Shown here piece by piece: positions 1-8,743 of a DNA stretch of 64,000 nucleotides. The notes below the pieces were generated by a model, which saw only the letters and a list, made by a program, of their open reading frames with translations, was not told the DNA's origin and did no database searches. Each line of letters starts with the position of its first letter. Position 1 is the first letter of the stretch. Source of the DNA: Verrucomicrobiota bacterium (GTDB taxonomy: Bacteria; Verrucomicrobiota; Verrucomicrobiia; Opitutales; Seribacteraceae); the NCBI GenBank assembly GCA_027622665.1, contig JAQBYT010000017.1:9210-73209 (forward strand), given 5' to 3'. Position numbers and translations under genes: made by a program.

Positions 1-3000
1 TAGTAGAGGGTGTTGGGTGTTTCGGCATCTACGGTGATGGCGACAGTTCCGTTTGTGGCTTCAGAACCCGTTACTCCGTTAGTGTGTTTACCCAGGTTTA
101 TGTTTCCGCCACCGCCCGAATCCTCACTGAAATAGAAGGGGTGACTGGCGGTGGTGGAACCATCAAGGACGAATTGGTAGACGTTTCCTCTGACAAGGGT
201 GAGTGGGGGACTCTCCTTGCCGTTCAGAAAGAAGGCGTTGGCCGTGGTGTCGTATTGTCGGGCGGCGACAGTGACTGTGTAATCCATGGTTCCGTTGACC
301 TCCCATCCGGTAAAGCTATAGCCTATTTCGGGACTGGCCCTAATGGGAACGAGTTGACCATAGGAGTAGTTGCCGTCGCCGGAAACGGAACCGCCCGTGG
401 ATGAGACGAGGTCGAGGGCGTTTATCAAGGGATCGAAGTGGGCGGTTACATTGGCGTCGGATCCTTGGTCGAGCGTTACGGTGACGGATGTCATTGAGAG
501 TGGGGAGGCGAGGGTGCCTCCAGTTGTCGTCCATCCCAAGAAATGATACCCTGGTGCTGAGCTGGCAGAAATGTTGACAACGGCATTCTGGTCATAGGGT
601 CCACTTCCGCTAGTTGTTCCAGAACCAATTGGCTCGGCGTAAGTTTGGAGTATTTTTTTGCCAAGAGGAGTTAAGGCAAAGTTGGCCGTTACGTTTCGGT
701 CCTGCGTCATCGTGGCGGTGGTGGTTGGCGAGCTTCCGTCTGCTGCTCCTTCTCCGCTCCAATTCGTGAAGTAATGACCATCATGAGGAGACGCAGTAAT
801 GGGAGCGTTCGCACCATAGCTGAAGTTTCCACCTCCAGTTGCAGTGCCGCCGGACGCGGTAGAAACGGATAGACTGTGGATAATGGTCTCGAAGTTGGCC
901 GTTACGTTTCGGTCCTGTGTCATGTCCACAGTGGTGGTGTAAGCGTTTAGATCGGTGATACCTTCGCCGACCCATTCTGTAAATGAGTAGCCTGTTTGCG
1001 GGGTAGCTGTAATGGTAGACTGGCTTCCATGGTCGTGGATTCCGGATAGGGATACGGTTCCTCCTGCGCTTGCGTTCGTCGACAGAGCGTAGGATTTGAT
1101 TGCGAAGGTAGCGGTTACGTTTCGGTCCTGCGTCATGGCGACAGTTGTGCTTAAGGCATCCGCATCGTTCACTCCGGATCCAGTCCATCCGGCGAATACG
1201 TAACCTGCGTTTACGGTAGCCACGATGGGAGCGGAAGAATTCCAATCGAAGGTTCCTGAACTGGTGGCGGCACCCCCGCTTTCATTCGAGACGATTAGGA
1301 CGTGACGATCGATGGCGAAGATGGCAGTGGCGTTTCTATCTTGAGTCATGTCCACCGTAGTGGCGGAAGCGTTTACGTCGGCGATGCCTCCGCCAACCCA
1401 TCCGGCAAAGGAATAACCCGTTTGCGGTGTGGCGATAATGGAGGCTTGAGTCCCATGGTTATGAGATCCTGAGCCAGATATGTTTCCGCCGGACCCGGAG
1501 CTTATTGTGAGGAAGTAAGAATTGATGAGGAAGGTTGCCGTGACGTTTCTATCCTGAGTCATGAGCACGATCGTGTTTGCTTCGCTGGAGTTGCCGATAC
1601 CTGAGCCCGTCCATGCCGAAAACTCATAACCGATAGAAGGTGTCGCCGTTATTGGGATGGAAGAGTTCCAGTCGTATACCCCAGCGCCTGACGTGCTTCC
1701 TCCGGTTCCTGAGCTGACACCAAGCTCGTACTGATTGATGGCGAAAACCGCAGATGCGTTGCGGTCTTGCGTCATGTCTATCGTCGTGGTGGTAGCGTTT
1801 ACGTCGGCGATACCTGAGCCCACCCACCCTGCGAAGGTGTAGCCCGTTTGTGGTGTGGCGGTAATGGTGACCTGGGTTCCGTGCTCGTGACTGCCGGAGC
1901 TGGATACGTTTCCGCCAGAGGCGGGAGTTGTGGTCAGGGTGTATGAATTGATGAGGAAGGTAGCCGTGACGTTTCTATCCTGAGTCATGAGCACGGTTGT
2001 GTTGAAGGCGGAGGGGTTGGTTATACCGGTTCCGACCCAGCCCGTGAAGGAATAGCCGGTGTTTGGTGTTGCCGTTATTGGCGCGGCAGAATTCCAGTCG
2101 AAGGTGCCTGCTCCGGATACGGAACCGCCGACTCCCCCGGATGCTGTCAGCGTGTGTTGATTGATGGTAAACGTTGCCGTTACGTTTCTATCCTGTGTTA
2201 TGAGCACGGTTGTGTTGGAGGCATTCAGGTCGGCGATTCCATCGCCCGTCCAACCCGTGAAGGAATAGCCCGTGTCAGAGGTTGCTGTGATTCCGACTAC
2301 AGTCCCGTAATTAAATACGCCTGCTCCTGATATGCTTCCACCCGTACCGCCTGTTGAGTTTAGGGTGTAGGAGTTTAATGTGAAGTGTGCCGTAACGGAT
2401 CTATGTTGAGTGGCAGCTAGAGTAATGATGCCGTTCGTTTCGTTGGAATCCCCGGACCAATTGGAGAAGGTGTATCCGGTTGAGGCGGTGGCGGTGAGTG
2501 TGGCGGTGGCCCCTTGGTTGTGAACCCCTGCTCCGGCAATTGTGCCGGATCCGGCCGGAGAGGCGTTGGCGTCGATCTGGTAGGAAGGCCAGCGACCGGT
2601 TCCATGATTGTCTCGGCGAAATTTCGGCCAGTCCGAGTCGGCTAGGTTCCAACCTGCCTTGACGGCGTACAACTTCTTGTCGAATGATCCGAAGTACAGG
2701 GTGCCGTTGGCGTCGATGGTAAGGGAGGAGTCAACCACGTCGCCGATGACGACTGAATGATTGGTCATGCTGCTGTTCCAGTCCATGGAGCCATTCGCAT
2801 CAATCGCGAAAATATGGTTTTCGCCGCCACCCAGATACCCGACTACGTAAACCGTCCCGTTCTCGTCTACAACAGGAGAACTGTAGAACACGTCGCCAAT
2901 CGGCTTTTCCCAGTTGGTCACTCCGAAATCAATGTCGATCGAGCGCAGGTAGCCATCTCGCGACATGAAGAACACTTCATTCGACAAACCAATCACAGGC

Positions 3001-4199
3001 GAGGAGTCGACTCTATCGGCAGTTGCGTATTTCCATCGCAGGACACCGTTGGTGCCGTTGTCTTCCAATGAATAGCAGTAGCCGTTGGAGCTTCCGAAGT
3101 ATATGTTGCCGTAGAGGTCGAGGGCAGGGGAGGACTCTATGGAACTGTTGGATTCTGTTACAGTGTCCACGACATAAATCCATTTGGCGCTGCCATCGGG
3201 ATTAACCGCATGGAAAGTACCATTGTCGTCTCCGAAATAGATGGTGCCGTCTTGACCCAGGGCGGCGGAAGAGGAGATCGGTTGCTCGGCAAAATACTCC
3301 CACTTCTTGGAGCCATTGGATTCCAGGGCATAGAAAAAGTTATCGCGCGATCCGATATAGATCGTTCCATCGGGTCCCACGGCCGGTCCCGCCAAAACCA
3401 AACTGTCCGTGGAGAAAGTCCATTTGCCAGTGCCGTCGGGATTGATTGCGTGTAGCTTGTTGTCCCAAGACCCTACGTATATCGTTCCGTCATCCGCGAT
3501 AGACGGAGTTGAATCTACCCACTCTCCCGCTTGATAAGTCCACTTTACACCACCGTCCGGATAAAATGCGTAAAGGTTATTATCGCCCGAACCAACGTAT
3601 ATCGTGCCGTCCGAGCCGATGGTCGGAGATGAATAGATGGCACCTCGAGTCGGTTGGCTCCAGACAAGGTCTTGCACCTGTGGAATGTTTTGGGAAGAGC
3701 TAGAGTTCATGTCCACGGTCAAGGTGTAGACGGAATCTCCTTGGTTTGTTCCGTTTGAGTTCGCTACCAGTCCGGAGGCATAGAAAGTGACCATGCCCAC
3801 GTCGGAGGCAGGTGCCGTCCACTTGAACGTCCACTGCCCGGTAGTGGAAGGGGTGTTGTGCTCGGCGTATCCTCCGTCAATCGTCATTCCTGAAGATGCC
3901 GCAGTCAAACTTCCGGCATTATCATTTCCTGACTTTGCGATGGCTTGAAAGCCATACCCACTGGCATTTTTATCCAGTAATAGGCTCAGTTCGTAAGTGC
4001 GGTTCGGCGTGTAAAAGGAGGGAAGGCCTATTATCGTAAAGTTGCTGTCCCCAGTGTTTGCTGTGCCGGTGTGACATGAAGTGCAATTCAGCGAGCTCGG
4101 AGGATCACGGGCTGGGCTTGTAGGAGGGTTGGCTTGATTCCCCCACGCGAAGCTAGGCGAAAGGATAGCAGCAACTGTAAATAGATATCTTGAAATCAT
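1..4199 (-). CDS. Large secreted multidomain surface protein, 3'-truncated by the window edge: signal peptide, CxxCH/Reeler-like (choice-of-anchor V-like) domain, 8-bladed PQQ-like beta-propeller, about 10-11 InlB B-type (Listeria-Bacteroides) repeats, start of a cupredoxin-like domain
   Basis: Translated by hand: ATG at 4199 (MISRYLFTVAAILSPSFAWG...NCTSCHTG...WTAPASDVGMVTFYA), eight SSP/AxxxDGTIY-type blades, repeated TGYxFxGWxG...QDRNVTAxF units, ending TPNTLY at base 1 in the same frame. Missing from the ORF track because there is no stop codon inside the window. Confidence 0.9.
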   Translation of the reverse strand, partial: MISRYLFTVAAILSPSFAWGNQANPPTSPARDPPSSLNCTSCHTGTANTGDSNFTIIGLPSFYTPNRTYELSLLLDKNASGYGFQAIAKSGNDNAGSLTAASSGMTIDGGYAEHNTPSTTGQWTFKWTAPASDVGMVTFYASGLVANSNGTNQGDSVYTLTVDMNSSSSQNIPQVQDLVWSQPTRGAIYSSPTIGSDGTIYVGSGDNNLYAFYPDGGVKWTYQAGEWVDSTPSIADDGTIYVGSWDNKLHAINPDGTGKWTFSTDSLVLAGPAVGPDGTIYIGSRDNFFYALESNGSKKWEYFAEQPISSSAALGQDGTIYFGDDNGTFHAVNPDGSAKWIYVVDTVTESNSSIESSPALDLYGNIYFGSSNGYCYSLEDNGTNGVLRWKYATADRVDSSPVIGLSNEVFFMSRDGYLRSIDIDFGVTNWEKPIGDVFYSSPVVDENGTVYVVGYLGGGENHIFAIDANGSMDWNSSMTNHSVVIGDVVDSSLTIDANGTLYFGSFDKKLYAVKAGWNLADSDWPKFRRDNHGTGRWPSYQIDANASPAGSGTIAGAGVHNQGATATLTATASTGYTFSNWSGDSNETNGIITLAATQHRSVTAHFTLNSYTLNSTGGTGGSISGAGVFNYGTVVGITATSDTGYSFTGWTGDGIADLNASNTTVLITQDRNVTATFTINQHTLTASGGVGGSVSGAGTFDWNSAAPITATPNTGYSFTGWVGTGITNPSAFNTTVLMTQDRNVTATFLINSYTLTTTPASGGNVSSSGSHEHGTQVTITATPQTGYTFAGWVGSGIADVNATTTTIDMTQDRNASAVFAINQYELGVSSGTGGSTSGAGVYDWNSSIPITATPSIGYEFSAWTGSGIGNSSEANTIVLMTQDRNVTATFLINSYFLTISSGSGGNISGSGSHNHGTQASIIATPQTGYSFAGWVGGGIADVNASATTVDMTQDRNATAIFAIDRHVLIVSNESGGAATSSGTFDWNSSAPIVATVNAGYVFAGWTGSGVNDADALSTTVAMTQDRNVTATFAIKSYALSTNASAGGTVSLSGIHDHGSQSTITATPQTGYSFTEWVGEGITDLNAYTTTVDMTQDRNVTANFETIIHSLSVSTASGGTATGGGNFSYGANAPITASPHDGHYFTNWSGEGAADGSSPTTTATMTQDRNVTANFALTPLGKKILQTYAEPIGSGTTSGSGPYDQNAVVNISASSAPGYHFLGWTTTGGTLASPLSMTSVTVTLDQGSDANVTAHFDPLINALDLVSSTGGSVSGDGNYSYGQLVPIRASPEIGYSFTGWEVNGTMDYTVTVAARQYDTTANAFFLNGKESPPLTLVRGNVYQFVLDGSTTASHPFYFSEDSGGGGNINLGKHTNGVTGSEATNGTVAITVDAETPNTLY
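290..2580 (-). repeat. Intragenic tandem array of about 71-aa (about 213-bp) InlB-B-type repeats
   Basis: Conserved Trp codons at about 2457, 2250, 2038, 1826, 1611, 1398, 1186, 973, 760, 532 and 303; recurring plus-strand nucleotide motif gttacgtttc(gg/ta)tcctg. Confidence 0.85.
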
Positions 4200-4311
4200 C
4201 GGTGATTATTTGGACAGAGCAAAAGGGAAGCAATCGCTTCTACTCATTATATTAGCCCGAATTGTCGAAATCTTGCAAAATAATTGTTAAGGATCAATCT
4301 TGGCGTTCATA

Positions 4312-4336
4312 AGTTATCCGCTACCAGCGGGTAACT
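4312..4336. terminator. Hairpin just downstream of the histidine kinase gene
   Basis: agttatccgct-acc-agcgggtaact inverted repeat; no clear U-tract on the minus strand. Confidence 0.35.
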
Positions 4337-4339
4337 GGT

Positions 4340-5707
4340 CTAATTGCTTTTTGAGATTTCGATCCTCACGAGGAAACACGAACCTTCCGAACCGGAAGAT
4401 TCGAGCGAAACCTCGGCATCTATACGTTGGGCCAGTTCGCGGCAGATGGCGAGCCCCACGCCACTTCCACCGGGTTTGGAGCTTTGGACCGGTCGGAACA
4501 GTCGCTCGCGGATCTGTTCGGCTACGCCTTCACCATCATCCCTTACGCGAAATTCCAAGTTTTCCTCCTCTTGCTTTGCCTCCAGTGTTACCACGCCCTT
4601 ATTTGACGCCTCGATGGCGTTCTGCCCCAGATTCAGCAGGATGGGGAGCAGCAGATTGGCTCGCAGGTTGTCCAATTCGATTTCGGAGGCAACATTTTCG
4701 ATTGTCAGTTTCACATTAGCCTTTTCGGCGGCGGGGACGAGTCGTTGGCGAGCCAACTCGAGGATTTCGGTCAGGCTGAACGAATAGGTGGCCTCGTCGG
4801 CTTCGGCCTCTCTCAAGGTGCCGAGCGTTTCCTGGATGATGGCTTGCATGCGGTCGGTGGCTTCGGTCAAGAGACGTCCCTCTTCTCCACCATCTCCTTC
4901 CTCTCGTTGTTCACGGGCATAGTCTCGTAGACCCGCCAAGGGATTCTTCAAGGCGTGCATCAAGTGTGAGGTTACGGCTCCTACGCCGGCGGCCTTGCAG
5001 GCTTGGGACAAGCGTTGATTAGACTCCACCAGTTTTTTCGTTCTTTCGGCCAAGGCTTCTTGGGAACGCCTCAGGCGTCGTAGAAAAGATATGAAGACGA
5101 CCAATATGAGACCGCCGCCACCCGTGAAGGCGATCAAGCCTTGGCGAATCAGTTTTCCGTCGAGGGCCTTGCGTTCGGCAGCCAGAGGATCACCTTCCAT
5201 TTGTAATAAGATGAAGCCGGATTCAGGATCCTCCCCCAACCGATGAAGAATGGAAAGTTCGGCGGGCTTTCGGAACTGGACCAGTGGTGTGTTGCGGGCG
5301 GTCTCGAAGTCGCCTGCGGTAGGAAAAACTTCATCTTCGCTTGCACTGAAGGAGGCGAGAGCATCTCCCTCGTCATCGAATGATATCGCTCCCTTGACTT
5401 CGGGGATTTCTAATGCTCGCAAGGTAGTTTCCTCGAAGACCTCCTCGGTGTCGTGAAGAAGTTCGTTCATTCCGAGCTCGATGTAGTCCAAATCCCGAGC
5501 TAGGGCATCGTCCTCCACCATATTGAATACTTCCTCAATGAGAGGAGTTGTGGATCCGGCAATGCGAGCGAGGGCTTCCGTACGCAATTGTTCGCGCAGG
5601 TCGTACAGCAAAACAGCAAGCATTACCCCGTAGGTGACGAGTATTATGGCGAGAGTTCTTCGCGAACCCAAGAAGCCTATTTTGTCATCTTTGCTTGATT
5701 TGGCCAT
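4340..5707 (-). CDS. Membrane sensor histidine kinase
   Basis: Two TM helices around a periplasmic domain; H-box HLMHALKNPL, N-box LLNLGQNAIEA, G1 DDGEG, G2 GSGVGL. Confidence 0.93.
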   Translation of the reverse strand: MAKSSKDDKIGFLGSRRTLAIILVTYGVMLAVLLYDLREQLRTEALARIAGSTTPLIEEVFNMVEDDALARDLDYIELGMNELLHDTEEVFEETTLRALEIPEVKGAISFDDEGDALASFSASEDEVFPTAGDFETARNTPLVQFRKPAELSILHRLGEDPESGFILLQMEGDPLAAERKALDGKLIRQGLIAFTGGGGLILVVFISFLRRLRRSQEALAERTKKLVESNQRLSQACKAAGVGAVTSHLMHALKNPLAGLRDYAREQREEGDGGEEGRLLTEATDRMQAIIQETLGTLREAEADEATYSFSLTEILELARQRLVPAAEKANVKLTIENVASEIELDNLRANLLLPILLNLGQNAIEASNKGVVTLEAKQEEENLEFRVRDDGEGVAEQIRERLFRPVQSSKPGGSGVGLAICRELAQRIDAEVSLESSGSEGSCFLVRIEISKSN

Positions 5708-5722
5708 CTCCTCGAAACTCGC

Positions 5723-6901
5723 TCAGTTCGACCACTTGATCCCTGCGGAAAACATGGTCGCCTCGTATTCATAGCTGGGGTCGTTTGAATCGTCGCGTTC
5801 CTTTTTCCATTTGGCGAACAAGTTCCATTTCTCGTTGATTTTTCGGTCTGCCTCAAATTCCGCGGACAGCCCATTCCTTTGAAAAAGCTCTCCGGAGGTG
5901 GCCGGTCTGACGTCATATTCGGAATTCGATGCGTTGGCGCTTGCCGACAGTGTCCACGGGCCGATCTCTCGACTCACTTTCAAACTGCCGTTCAAGCTTT
6001 CGTAATCGTAATGGCCGTTGGCGTTGTCGGTGGTTTTGTTGAAGTATGTGGATAAGTTCACTTCCCAGTCATCTCCCTTCCCGAAGTTTCGGGTGCCTGA
6101 TATTCCCGTTCCAACGGTCCGCGTCTCGGAGTCGATGGATGTTCCGTCGTTCTTGGAACCTTGTCGTTCGTCGTACTCTTTCCAGCGACTGTACATGGAA
6201 AAGTTCACGGAGGCATCCTTATCTCCTTTCCACTTCACAATCGATCGAAATTCCTTTTCGCGGTAGTTGTAGAGTTCGGGGTCACTTGCATAAGCATCGC
6301 GGGCCGCCGATACTTCCAACCCTCCCGTAAGTCCATCGCCGATGGGGAAGGATACGAAAGGACGAATCTCGCTCTTGTTGGACTGGATGGGGTATCCGGT
6401 TTTAGGGTTATAAGGATCATCGAAGACCATGTCGTAGTAGGTATGCCGTAACCTGATTCCGCGTAAGTTCCCCGTCGTGGGCGATCTCAGCGAGTATTCC
6501 GCCTGGGCGAGGGCGATACCTGTCAAGTCGAGCGCCGGTATGTCTTGGTATCGGGATCCCTCTCCGAAGAGGTAAAGGTAGAATACGCTTCCGTTCTTTC
6601 CCATGCGGAGCAGGAAAGCATCGATGCTCGCGGTGGCGAAACCACCTTCCTGTACGTTCGGTCCGGGACTTTGAAGAGGGTTTTTGCCATGCCCCCCCCC
6701 GAAGGATAGGTTCAGGGTTTTCGACCATTGGGAAGCCTTCTTTTCGACGGTCTCTACGAGTCCTTTGCCAAAGAGTAGTTCCTCCAGCATCTCATCCGTG
6801 AAGTTTCCGTCCCCTTGACCATGAAGAAGGGTTTCGGGAATAGAGAGCCCGAAGGATATGACGATGGGCGCAAGGGCAGCTGATATCGAACGCATATTCA
6901 A
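5723..6901 (-). CDS. Putative outer-membrane beta-barrel protein of unknown family
   Basis: N-terminal signal-like segment, alternating aromatic/polar strands rich in Y/F/W/G/S, C-terminal FSAGIKWSN. AGAGGA lies 7 nt before the TTG; alternative ATG at 6895. Confidence 0.7.
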   Translation of the reverse strand: MNMRSISAALAPIVISFGLSIPETLLHGQGDGNFTDEMLEELLFGKGLVETVEKKASQWSKTLNLSFGGGHGKNPLQSPGPNVQEGGFATASIDAFLLRMGKNGSVFYLYLFGEGSRYQDIPALDLTGIALAQAEYSLRSPTTGNLRGIRLRHTYYDMVFDDPYNPKTGYPIQSNKSEIRPFVSFPIGDGLTGGLEVSAARDAYASDPELYNYREKEFRSIVKWKGDKDASVNFSMYSRWKEYDERQGSKNDGTSIDSETRTVGTGISGTRNFGKGDDWEVNLSTYFNKTTDNANGHYDYESLNGSLKVSREIGPWTLSASANASNSEYDVRPATSGELFQRNGLSAEFEADRKINEKWNLFAKWKKERDDSNDPSYEYEATMFSAGIKWSN

Positions 6902-6952
6902 ACATTTATCCTCTCATGGTTGGAGGAAATTGGAAAGATGAATCCATCAGGC

Positions 6953-6982
6953 AAAAGGGAGAGGAACCGAAGTCCGTCTCCC
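6953..6982 (-). terminator. Intrinsic terminator, copy A (cUUCGg loop)
   Basis: Minus strand reads gggagacggac-ttcg-gttcctctccc-tttt. Confidence 0.65.
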
Positions 6983-7029
6983 TGTCTTGCCGGTGGCGTG
7001 GTCGGCAAATTCCCCTCGTTCAAAAACAT

Positions 7030-7107
7030 TTATAACGATGTCTTTTTCTGGGATGGCCTTATCGTTTCATAACGAAAATTGGATGCCATGGCTTGAAGCT
7101 TTTTCAT
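7030..7107 (-). CDS. Possible 25-aa mini-ORF between the two repeat copies
   Basis: MKKLQAMASNFRYETIRPSQKKTSL*; its stop lies 11 nt before repeat copy A. Confidence 0.2.
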   Translation of the reverse strand: MKKLQAMASNFRYETIRPSQKKTSL

Positions 7108-7135
7108 TTGGGTGAGGACGGATAGCCAAGACCCG

Positions 7136-7167
7136 AAAAAAGGGAGGCGGACATAAGTCCGCCTCCC
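7136..7167 (-). terminator. Intrinsic terminator, copy B
   Basis: Minus strand reads gggaggcggac-ttat-gtccgcctccc-tttttt: a perfect 11-bp stem about 45 nt after the stop at 7213. Confidence 0.85.
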
Positions 7168-7212
7168 GATCTGGCCGGTCGCGTGGCCGGCAAATTCCCC
7201 TCGCGAAATCGT

Positions 7213-8703
7213 TTAGCGGGAAGTGCGACTGGAACCTTCTTCCTTGGTGTTCCTCACTTCTTTGCGCAATTCCTTTTGGGCTACCTTCAATTCTTCGTGC
7301 TTCTCTTTTTGAGCAACCCGAAACTCATCGAGAGCAGCTTTTCTAGCGACTGCTTGCTCGGCAATGAGTCTTTTGATGTTTGCGGCAACTTCATCCTTGT
7401 CGGCGCTTTCTTTTAACTCCGCGATCTTGGCGGCAAGTTCGTCATGAGCCTCTTTCAATTTGTCGTTAACTGCCTTTCTCGCAACATGCAAAGTCTTCTC
7501 GACGGCCTTTACATCATCGATCTTTGCCTTTACGGCAGCGGGATGTTCGGGACGTTCCTTGCGCTCGGGCCGATTTGCCTCTAGCTCTTCATGCACTTTG
7601 TCGGCGGCCTTCTTGATGGCTGCAAACTTGTCGGCGTTCTCTTTCTTGAACTCCTCGACTGCCTTGCGGACATCTGCCTTGCTCGAATCGTTTTCAAGCT
7701 TTCCGAGCTCTTCCCTCATGGCCTTGAAAAGGTCTGCCTTCTCTGTCTCGATTTTTGCGAGATTGTTTTTGGTCTCATGAGAAATCTCGGGGCGAGGAGG
7801 AGCCGGAGGAAGTACCACCGGAGGGCGTTTGGGTTCTGGCCTCGGCTTGTCCTTGTGGGCAAGGTCGGGCTTTTCGCCATGGTCGGGCTTTTCGGCATCA
7901 GGCTTTACGCCATGGTTGGGATTTTCGGCATCAGGCTTTACGGCATGGTTGGGATTTTCGGCATCGGGCTTTACGGCATGGTTGGGATTTTCGGCATCGG
8001 GCTTTTCGCCATGGTCGGGCTTTTCGGCATCGGGCTTCTCGCCATGGTTGGGCTTTTCGGCATCGGGCTTTACGGCATGGTCGGGCTTTTCGGCATCGGG
8101 CGTTACGGCATGGTCGGGCTTTTCGGCATCAGGCTTTACGGCATGGTCGGGCTTTACGGCATCGGGCTTTACGGCATGGTCGGGATTTTCGGCATCAGGC
8201 TTTACGGCATGGTTGGGATTTTCGGCATCGGGCTTTACGGCATGGTTGGGATTTTCGGCATCAGGCTTCTCGCCATGGTCGGGATTTTCGGCATCAGGCT
8301 TTACGGCATCGGGCTTTTCGCCATGGTCGGGCTTTTCGGCATCAGGCTTCTCGCCATGGTTGGGAAATATGATCTTGTAGACTTCCTCGTCGCTTCGGTC
8401 TTTCCCGGTGCTTTCATCAAATCTAGGGGAACCGCCCGTGAACACCAATCCGGAAGGGATCTTCTTACCTTCATGAATCCATTGCTCAAAAGTGAGAGGA
8501 GCAGGTGGGAGGGGGTGGATAAGAGGTCCGCCGACTTCAGGTTTTGGTTGTTCACCGCCGTGTTGAACGGTTCCATGAGCCGGTTTGACATTCGGGTTCG
8601 CGTCTGGAGCGAATCCCCCTCCGATAGGTGCTTGATCTTGGGCAAAAGTCATTGAGCCAAGGCTCATCGCTATTGCCACTAACATGTATGTTGTATTTTT
8701 CAT
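7213..8703 (-). CDS. Secreted protein with a His/Pro-rich 11-aa repeat and a charged helical C-terminal domain; paralog of 8744-9550
   Basis: Probable start is [23 protein letters not shown] at 8703 (signal peptide); the ORF-track start at 8793 overlaps the upstream gene. The C-terminal region aligns with the neighbouring protein. Confidence 0.88.
   Translation of the reverse strand: MKNTTYMLVAIAMSLGSMTFAQDQAPIGGGFAPDANPNVKPAHGTVQHGGEQPKPEVGGPLIHPLPPAPLTFEQWIHEGKKIPSGLVFTGGSPRFDESTGKDRSDEEVYKIIFPNHGEKPDAEKPDHGEKPDAVKPDAENPDHGEKPDAENPNHAVKPDAENPNHAVKPDAENPDHAVKPDAVKPDHAVKPDAEKPDHAVTPDAEKPDHAVKPDAEKPNHGEKPDAEKPDHGEKPDAENPNHAVKPDAENPNHAVKPDAENPNHGVKPDAEKPDHGEKPDLAHKDKPRPEPKRPPVVLPPAPPRPEISHETKNNLAKIETEKADLFKAMREELGKLENDSSKADVRKAVEEFKKENADKFAAIKKAADKVHEELEANRPERKERPEHPAAVKAKIDDVKAVEKTLHVARKAVNDKLKEAHDELAAKIAELKESADKDEVAANIKRLIAEQAVARKAALDEFRVAQKEKHEELKVAQKELRKEVRNTKEEGSSRTSR
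7864..8358 (-). repeat. 33-bp coding tandem repeat, 14 units plus one partial, encoding H(G/A)(E/V)KPDA(E/V)(K/N)P(D/N)
   Basis: Visible directly in DNA and protein; unit 2 carries an extra 15-bp sub-unit. Confidence 0.97.
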
Positions 8704-8743
8704 TTTCTTTAGGTGTTTGATTAGTTTTAAAAGTGTTGGGTTA

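Larger units (their letters stand above)
6957..7203. repeat. Direct repeat of a 62-nt two-hairpin element (6957-7018 and 7142-7203)
   Basis: Ungapped manual alignment gives 51/62 identical positions, offset 185 bp. Confidence 0.9.

Noticed and set aside
84..3703. Numerous short ORF-track entries in 1-3700
   Set aside because: Alternative-frame or antisense shadows of the single long minus-strand gene starting at 4199.
7073..7088. Second sigma54-like box TGGCATCCAATTTTCG ahead of the barrel gene
   Set aside because: It has TC rather than the near-invariant GC at -12, and it lies upstream of terminator copy A.
7864..8358. 33-bp periodic repeat as a CRISPR array
   Set aside because: Units are contiguous with no unique spacers, keep the reading frame inside a signal-peptide protein, and no cas genes are present.
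7591..8655. Plus-strand ORFs in all three frames across the repeat ([19 protein letters not shown] and SGFSPW repeats)
   Set aside because: Antisense shadows of a stop-free repeat; the minus-strand frame has the signal peptide, a paralog, a promoter and a terminator.
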